DNA from: Azolla caroliniana
Lineage: Eukaryota; Plantae; Polypodiophyta
DNA: 64,000 bases
Reading direction: 5' to 3'
Assembly (NCBI GenBank): GCA_043228905.1
Contig: JBHGNT010000017.1
Span: 2,976,001 to 3,040,000, forward strand
The position numbers and the translations under genes were made by a program. Below, piece by piece: positions 60,803-64,000 of the stretch. Below the pieces are notes generated by a model, which searched no databases, was not told the origin of the DNA, and saw only the letters and a program-made list of their open reading frames with translations. The first letter of the stretch is position 1, and each line of letters begins with the position of its first letter.

Positions 60803-62843
60803 CTCTTCCGCTGCACAAAATCACTCACGGTTCTTTACATGGTATCAGAGCGATTGGTAGCCTGATCCAAGCCCATCCACATGTGTTGTGTCTAAGTCTA
60901 TGTTCACGAAGAACCTTCACTCGCTATAGCAGCAATCTGCATAACCCGTATCAAGAGAAGAAGAAGAAGAAAACTCGCTCCAAACAAGTCATCTCAACAT
61001 GAATACTCGGATAGGAAGTGCTCTTCCCATCGAGAAACTCGATAGAAACAACTTTGTATCTTGGGAGTACAAGATGCACCAGTACCTTGTTAGCCAAGGC
61101 TATTGGAGTTATATTGAAGGAGCACAAGAAACACAACCCAACCCAACACATGCTGACTACCGAGCTTGGGAGCAAGCAACGAGTCGTGTGTTGTACTACT
61201 TTGCATCATGCGTTCATGATCACATGCTCGACTACATGCAAGAGGCCAAAACCTCGAAGGAGGCGTGGTGGAATCTCAAAAAGATATTCACGGCCAACAC
61301 AACCGCAAGAAAGCTTCAACTCTGTCAAGAGTTGAACAATATTCAACAGAGGGATATGGATCGCCAACTACACCTTAAAGATCAAGGAGTCGTGCGATGC
61401 CCTCAGGTCCATTAACGTCAACATCAACAACGATGAAATGGTGCAGATATGTTGCGGTGGCTTAACACCTCGGTTCGGTGCAATAAGGTCGGTTGTCCTC
61501 GTGAGGGAGAATCCGCCCTCCTTCAATCTCCAATCGATGCTATTGGTCGAAGAAAATCATGTTCAGACAAGAGGCAATGTGCAAGGACATATGCTCTATT
61601 CGATTTTCGATGGAGTAAGAGGACAAGGTTGGGGAATCATGCCCGACAATCACCTCCAACTCAGAAAAATATATGGTTTGTTGATTTAGGTGCATCCAAT
61701 CACATGATGTCTCATGAATATTGGTTTCGATAATTTCAATAACCCGAACGACCTGGCTATGTGGAAACTGGGAATGACACAATTCACCCCATTCACCATG
61801 TTGGTAATGTCCCATTCGACGAAGAGGACAACAAGACCTACATTAAGAACATCTTGCATGTTCCAACGATAACGAAGAATATGGTCTTGGTTTGCCAGAT
61901 CGTGGAACAGGGCATGCAAATTCACTTCAACGACATCGAGTGCTTCATCGAAAAGGAAGGCCGAATTATCACTCGTAGTCGAAGAGAAGGTCGAATGTTC
62001 ATCCTTGATTCTCATGAGATGAAATCAACAATGTTTGCCAAGGGCCATAAAGCCGATGCCGACATAGAACTATAGCACAAACGAATCGGTCACATCAATC
62101 TCCAGAAGCTCAAAGGAATGTAGTCGACAGGAGTTGTCATCAAACTCCAGACTTTTACTGAGAAGGAGATTACGGGCATATGCAAAGCCTGTCAGTTCAG
62201 TAAACAACATCGTCAACCGTTCTCGAAAGAGAGGAACGTGAGCAAAGGGATCTTGGATGTTGTACATTCATATGTATGGGAACTGGCCCAAACGACAACA
62301 TTCGGTGGTTGGCGATACTATGTGACGTTCATCGATGACTTCTCCAGACACACCCGGATCCTACCCTAACACAGGGGTGAGCCGGAACCAACTTTTCGGC
62401 ATCCGGAAGTTGTGTGTTGAGAATCAAACTCAACTTCTCTAGTGTGGGAACACACCTTAGTATACTCAAGTGTGTGAACACCCCACCTCCTAATAGTGTG
62501 CCATAGAACCTTAACGTTCTATGACACATATTTAGTGTAGTTAAGTCTCCACCTATCTTTAGTAAGTGGTGGTTGTATAGAGAGAAGGTGACTACATAGG
62601 CACCTTTCTCTTCCTCTTATACAAAATTATATGCTATTTAGTTTAGGCACTTCCATATTTGCATTCATGTACATAAGAGAATTCCATTTTGCATCTCATC
62701 TGTTTTTTCCTCCCAAAAAGTAGGACTCCTTCAACATTAATTGACCGTGAAGTGTGTTCCTACATTGTTTCTTGCAAGAACTCAACAAACATTAATGATG
62801 TGATTGATAGGCTTGTTGAACCTTCAAAGACCAAAAACTTAAT
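59355..62843 (+). pseudogene. Intron-containing ARL8 (ARF-like GTPase 8, ARLA1 family) pseudogene
   Basis: Exon remnants 59479-59511 TGGYSEDMIPT, 59826-59942 VGFNMR..NVTIKLWDLGGQPRF..WERYC, 60269-60433 YVVDA..ELHDL..KPSLHGIPLLVLGN, about 62723-62843 [24 protein letters not shown]. Has a mutated donor (ataagt), a stop and frameshifts. Confidence 0.88.
60465..62618 (+). mobile_element. Internally deleted Ty1/copia related to the second family, in the last ARL8 intron
   Basis: 5' LTR 60465-60839, PBS tggtatcagagc 60840-60851, gag-protease-partial integrase, no RT or RNase H, truncated 3' LTR from 62415. Confidence 0.9.
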
Positions 62844-62994
62844 CCCCTTATGAATATGGCTTCATTATCTTGTGTATTTTATTGATGAGATGTGCATGTT
62901 CTCTTGGATACAAAAGTAAAAGATTTGTACTTTTGCCGCCTTGTATCGGGATGGGGTATTATTGATTGCTATTTTCCCCAGGTAAGGATGTGAA

Positions 62995-63067
62995 GGTGGG
63001 CGGAAGGGAGTTGAACCCCTACATGTGATTTAGAGGGCAAGGGCCTTAACCACTACGCCAACTTCCA
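62995..63067 (-). pseudogene. tRNA-derived sequence (tRNA pseudogene or SINE head)
   Basis: Minus strand ggaagttggcgtagtggttaaggc...aggggttcaactcccttccgccca has A box TGGCGTAGTGG and B box GGTTCAACTCC at tRNA spacing. Acceptor and anticodon stems are broken. Confidence 0.65.
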
Positions 63068-63761
63068 TATAACAGTTTGGTATGTTTTCTATTGTTGAGA
63101 GGTGCAAGGTCTCTCATATGCAAAGTTAAAAGAGTATTTCTTTTATTTTATTCTCTGAATGGAAGTTCAACTTAGAGGTAAACATGTGAGGAGCCATGTC
63201 TAAGGAGGAGAAACTAAACCTCTTTGTAATTGATAATGATTTTGCGAATATAAAGTGGAAAACAAATGTTTGGTTCGAGGAGAGTACCTAATGAAATGTT
63301 TTGTGGTGTATGAAGTATTTCTTGTTCGGGTTACACTTTTCAAGGCTACCTCCAAACTTTGTCCGCCTTGTTTATCCTTGCTCCAAAAGAACTTTGAAAT
63401 AATAGGTAGAATGTGCCTCAAGTCTTGCCACTTGATTACACATCATGATCCTCCATCTAACCATGTGTAACTATGCCATCTTGGTGTGTAGGAGTTAATT
63501 GTTTCTTATGAGGTTGGATTCTCATTAAGGTAGATGAACTAAGTTTATCTCTTAGCCATTACAAGGTGGAAGTAACTCTATTTAGTGTATGTTTCGCACT
63601 AGGTAACAATTGTGATGAAAAAGTGATATCGACACTACTAACTATAGTAGCCTTTCAGACTAGTTGCTTAAAGATGTTGGCTTACTTGTGACTATTATAT
63701 TATCACATCCCATTGTGGTTCCAAGCAAGTTTTTTTGCATAGGGTTTAGGATGCCTAGCAA

Positions 63762-64000
63762 TAGGCCTGATTTTGTTTGGTTTCTTTGCCTTGAAACCGA
63801 ACCGAACCATTCATATAAAACAAAAACCAAACCAAACCGATTATGAACATATGAAGTCATTTAAACTAAACCCTTCTACGAAAGGGAAGCCTAACCATGT
63901 AAACTAAAACCGTTTAGTGAAAATTGCTAGGAAGGCTCTAGAGTGCGAACCATTTATATAAAACAAAAACCAAACCAAGTCGTTTATGAATTCTTAGGGT
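63762..64000. mobile_element. Probable end of a non-autonomous DNA transposon with AACCG/AACCA subterminal arrays
   Basis: Starts taggcctg; cgaaccatt.atataaaacaaaaaccaaaccaa is repeated near 63803 and 63946. Runs off the window. Confidence 0.45.

Overview
Eukaryotic land-plant nuclear DNA. A fern or lycophyte source is my inference from the TE types and microsatellite-rich introns; it is not proven. Bases 1-27,300 are a deep nest of retroelements: a very young Ty1/copia inside a Ty3/gypsy integrase, and an old minus-strand copia carrying seven later insertions (solo LTRs, a second copia, an hAT-like element holding a foldback, an RTE LINE). There is a 100-N gap at 7428-7527. Three intact-looking genes follow, all on the minus strand: an intronless LRR receptor-like protein with 16 homogenised 72-bp repeats (27523-30339), a 10-exon plant-type PEPC (37468-42481) with an atypical N-terminal phosphorylation motif, and a 5-exon At5g16660/At1g42960-like chloroplast envelope protein (50861-56512). 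Remnants largely missed by the ORF track include an eIF(iso)4G MA3 fragment, an intron-containing ARL8 pseudogene, a Mutator-like MITE and a tRNA-derived element. The most striking signal is a Ty3/gypsy-associated LTR group (termini TGTCG...CGACA). All six of its insertions abut an N-CG-N site or its deaminated form, and the three with both flanks visible fit a 4-bp duplication. This points to CpG-targeted integration.
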